Source: Salpingoeca rosetta | Lineage: Eukaryota > Protista > Choanoflagellata | DNA: 57,842 bases | Assembly (NCBI GenBank): GCA_033442325.1 | Contig: JAWQFM010000025.1 | Location: 716,397-774,238 of the forward strand | Reading direction: 5' to 3' | Part shown: positions 52,791 to 57,842 of the stretch, one piece after another | How positions within the stretch are numbered: the stretch's first letter is position 1 | How the letters are laid out: each line of letters begins with the position of its first letter | Program-made: the position numbers and the translations under genes | Notes under the pieces: generated by a model | What the model was told of the DNA's origin: nothing | The model's database searches: none | The model's input: only the letters and a program-made list of their open reading frames with translations

Positions 52791-54083
52791 ATGGCGACGA
52801 TGAAGATGATGCGCGCTCCTTCTTCCTGCTGTTGTCGTTCTTGTTTGACTGTTGTTGTTGTTGTGGCAGTGGTTGTGGCAGTGTCTGCGGCATGCGTGCG
52901 GGTGTGTGAAGGGTCGTTCATGCTTGAGGATGCAGAGGGCGCAGTGCACGTGAACACAACGGACGGCGGGGCGCAGCAGCGCGTGCTGTTCAATGGACAG
53001 GACGTTGTGGAGCGCCTGCAGCGCCTTGAACGGCAGGAAGCCGTGATGGCAGCGCGCCTCTTGGCTGGGGTGTGTGCACTGGAGCCGAACCTGCACACGG
53101 TGGACACGACGAGCGTGCAGATTGACGTGTCGGAGTACACGGAGCCCACGTTCAAGTGGCAGGGCGGCGTGCTTGCGCCCAACGGCAAGATCTACGCGCC
53201 CCCAGTTGGACAGGGTGTCGGTTCCATGCTCATCCTGGACCCCGACACAAGCACGGTCGATGTGACGACGCTCAGCGGCTGGCCAGAGGCCGTGGCGCTC
53301 ACGCGCGGAGCGGTGCTTGCGCCGTCCACCACCAACAAGATCTACACCATCCCCGGCGACGCAACAGCGGTGGCTATCGTGGACCCGGCCACCAACGCCG
53401 TGGACATGACCACCATCACGGGCCTCGCGACGACACAGGACAAGTGGCGCGAAGGTGTGGTGGCGCGCAACAACAAGATCTACGCCATCCCCAGCTGGTC
53501 CGAGAGCGTGCTTGTGATTGACCCGGCAACAAACGCGACAGACACGACGGCACTTGCGGGGCTCACGGGCACGTTCAAGTGGCTGGGCGGCGTGCTTGCA
53601 GGCAACGGCAAGATTTACGGCATCCCGAGCCTTGCCGCAGGAGTGCTGATCATCGACCCGGAGACCAACACCACGGACACGACGACGATGGGCGGGTTTG
53701 AAACCACCGGCAAGTGGGCGGGCGGGGTGCTTGCAGGCAATGGCAAGATATACGGCATCCCTGTGCAGATCAGCAAGGTGCTGATCATCGACCCCGACAC
53801 GGACACGTACGACGTGACGAGCATCTCCGACTTGCCCAGCGGTGGCGGTGCGTGGTTGGGCGGCGTGCTTGCAGGCAACGGCAAAATCTATGGCATCCCG
53901 TACAGCTCCACATCCGTGCTCATCATTGACCCTGACACCGACACGGCCGACACCACCAGCATCTCGGGCTTGCCCGACGAAGGCGGCAAGTGGCGTGGCG
54001 GTGTGCTTGCAGGCAACGGCAAGATTTATGGTACGCCGTTTTATTCCGCCTCTGCGCTCATCATTGATCCCATCTGTGGCTGA
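52791..54083 (+). CDS. Signal/TM-anchored protein with seven ~45-aa KWxGGVLAxNGKIYGIP...VLIIDP repeats (probable 7-bladed beta-propeller); intronless
   Basis: 430-aa ATG-to-TGA ORF with a hydrophobic N-terminal stretch, a short coiled segment and seven clearly alignable repeats. Confidence 0.82.
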   Translation: MATMKMMRAPSSCCCRSCLTVVVVVAVVVAVSAACVRVCEGSFMLEDAEGAVHVNTTDGGAQQRVLFNGQDVVERLQRLERQEAVMAARLLAGVCALEPNLHTVDTTSVQIDVSEYTEPTFKWQGGVLAPNGKIYAPPVGQGVGSMLILDPDTSTVDVTTLSGWPEAVALTRGAVLAPSTTNKIYTIPGDATAVAIVDPATNAVDMTTITGLATTQDKWREGVVARNNKIYAIPSWSESVLVIDPATNATDTTALAGLTGTFKWLGGVLAGNGKIYGIPSLAAGVLIIDPETNTTDTTTMGGFETTGKWAGGVLAGNGKIYGIPVQISKVLIIDPDTDTYDVTSISDLPSGGGAWLGGVLAGNGKIYGIPYSSTSVLIIDPDTDTADTTSISGLPDEGGKWRGGVLAGNGKIYGTPFYSASALIIDPICG

Positions 54084-54105
54084 TTTGGGTTGTGTAGAAT
54101 TGCAT

Positions 54106-54142
<37 letters not shown>

Positions 54143-54652
54143 GTGTGTGTGTGTGTGAGCGTGTGTGTGTTGGGTTGTGTGTTGTGTGTTGTGTGTGCGT
54201 GTGTGTGTGTGTGTGTGTGCGTGTTGTGTGCGTGTGTGTCTGTGTGTTGTGTGTGTGTGTGTGTGTCTGTGTGTTGTGTATGAAGAACACGTGCTTGCTC
54301 ATCTTGCTTCCCTTGATGCCCTCGTTACCCTTGCCGCTGCGCTCGTTACCCTTGCCACTGCTCTTGTTTGTTGCTTTCACGTTCATGTGCTTTGGCACTC
54401 GTTTAACCGCTTCAACAACACCAACAACACAGTGCATTAAACGCTCAACCATGACATGCTCGGTAACATTGGGGAACGTAATGTAACAGAAAGGTTTCAA
54501 GGCAGAGTAACGACGCACAATCACACACACACACACGTCATACACCATCACAAACGGCATGGGGAGCAACCTCGCGGTACGTAAGGGCAAGCGATTGCGT
54601 ACTGTACGCACCCACACACATACACATACACACACGCGCGCGCATCAAGGCA

Positions 54653-56487
<1,835 letters not shown>

Positions 56488-56595
56488 TGTCAAGGAACAC
56501 CTGAGAGCTTGAGAGTGTTCTTATGTTAGTTCTTGTTCTTCTCTGCACTGAAAACAGGTTTGACGTGCAATAAATTTGAATCTCGCGGCAGAGCC

Positions 56596-56602
56596 GTTGC
56601 CA
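56596..56602 (+). promoter_or_regulatory. Candidate RFX-binding motif GTTGCCA ~40 nt upstream of the CLUAP1 start
   Basis: RFX half-site (GTTGCC-type) directly upstream of a core IFT gene; a second inverted copy (TGGCAAC) lies at 56749..56755 in intron 1. Confidence 0.5.
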
Positions 56603-56642
56603 CACACACAGCAAACAACAACAACTGTCAACCACCATCACC

Positions 56643-56827
56643 ATGTCGTACCGCGACCTCAGGAACTTCACAGGTAGGTACATGTGTGTATGTGTGTGTG
56701 CCTGTGTGTGCATGTGTGCGTGTTTATGTGTGTCTGGCTGTGTGAGGTTGGCAACCAGCACTTGTGTTTCCTTCTGTGCACAGAAAAAGAGCGTAAGAGA
56801 TTGACACACACACAAAGTTGACTCACT

Positions 56828-56864
<37 letters not shown>

Positions 56865-57017
56865 CTCTCCCATCTCATGTCATTACACATCACACACACG
56901 CAGAGATGCTGCGGACGCTGGAGTTTCCGCGTCTCGTGTCCATCGACAACTTCAGGCAACCCAACTTCCCGCTCGTAGCAGAGGTGCACCCACTTGTGCA
57001 TGCAATGGCACAGCGCA

Positions 57018-57048
<31 letters not shown>

Positions 57049-57792
57049 CACACGCAAGCACACACTCTCTCTCGCACACACAAATACAGAGCAGGTGCGC
57101 ACACGCGAACACCCAAATACACTCACTCAACGAACAACAACTACACCGTTGCCAGATCTTGATTTGGATCATCCGCCGCATCGATGCCACTGCCACCATC
57201 CCCACGGACGTTGAAGATGAAACAGACCGTGTGCTCTTTGTCAAGGCTGTTGCACAATTCATGGTACGTGTGTGTGTGTGTGTGTGTGCTTTTGCTTGTG
57301 TGTGTGTGTGTGTGTGTTCTGCGTGCGCTTGTAGTGCTATGTCGTGTGTCCGCTTGCTTAGCTCCAAATCACTGTTGCGTGTGTGATGCGCTCTCGCTGC
57401 AGGCAACAAAGCTGCACCTGCGACTGAACACGAAGCGGTTGTATGAGGCGGACGGCCACGCGGTGAAGGAGCTCATCAAGGCAACGTCGCTCCTCTACAA
57501 CGCCCTCAAATCACAAAACGAAGAAGCACCACAGGTTCGTGTGTGGGTATAGATGGACGTGTGTGCGGTGGGGGAGAGCGTACGGAGGCTGTGCGTTTGC
57601 ATCGTGAGCGAGGGTGTCGCATAATCTCACGTGCACGTGTGTGTGTGTGTGTGTGTGTACGTGTGTGTACGTGTGTGTGTACGTGTGTGCTGAATGGATG
57701 GCTCATCAGGGTGGAGAGAGCGGGCCGCCCGTCACGCTGTCAGACTTCAACCTCACAAGCAAGATTGGCGAACTCAAGGTGAGAGCAGGAGC

Positions 57793-57842
<50 letters not shown>
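56643..57842 (+). CDS. CLUAP1: Clusterin-associated protein 1 / IFT38 (multi-exon, truncated by the window end)
   Basis: Spliced [10 protein letters not shown]|[27 protein letters not shown]|[21 protein letters not shown]|[26 protein letters not shown] matches the conserved CLUAP1 N-terminus. Confidence 0.93.

Noticed and set aside
52680-54635. 651-aa minus-strand ORF
   Set aside because: Antisense to the repeat-propeller gene plus microsatellite sequence; no independent coding signal

Overview
Eukaryotic, GC-rich genomic DNA with many short GT-AG introns full of (CA/GT)n microsatellites and with poly-Q/N/T coding tracts. Style and gene content suggest a choanoflagellate such as Salpingoeca rosetta (inferred, not proven). 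The right half is mostly ordinary multi-exon genes: an LRR receptor-like TKL kinase, a pseudo-PTP/NUDT9-H/RhoGAP/PH fusion, a bacterial-type metzincin with somatomedin-B domains, a 7-repeat beta-propeller protein, a polyQ-interrupted SAM methyltransferase and CLUAP1/IFT38. A zinc-ribbon/bacterial-PH gene and a TTC17-like TPR gene sit at 18-25 kb. The left ~30 kb holds the main candidate system: a cluster of intronless genes made of three HSPA12-type (atypical Hsp70) genes and four paralogues of an uncharacterised family whose C-terminal half resembles the MIEAP/SPATA18 C-terminal domain, with a GrpE-head-like ending. Two Hsp70s sit head-to-head with one of these partners across ~1.1-1.2 kb. 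The third has the same upstream DNA, implying a partner just outside the window. The Hsp70 ATPase domains are nearly identical and mosaic, while their substrate-binding domains diverge strongly. A WD40-TRP channel gene with frame breaks lies inside the cluster. Hypothesis (inference): a diversifying paired Hsp70 + GrpE/MIEAP-like co-chaperone recognition or conflict system. No tRNA, rRNA, CRISPR array or transposase was recognised.
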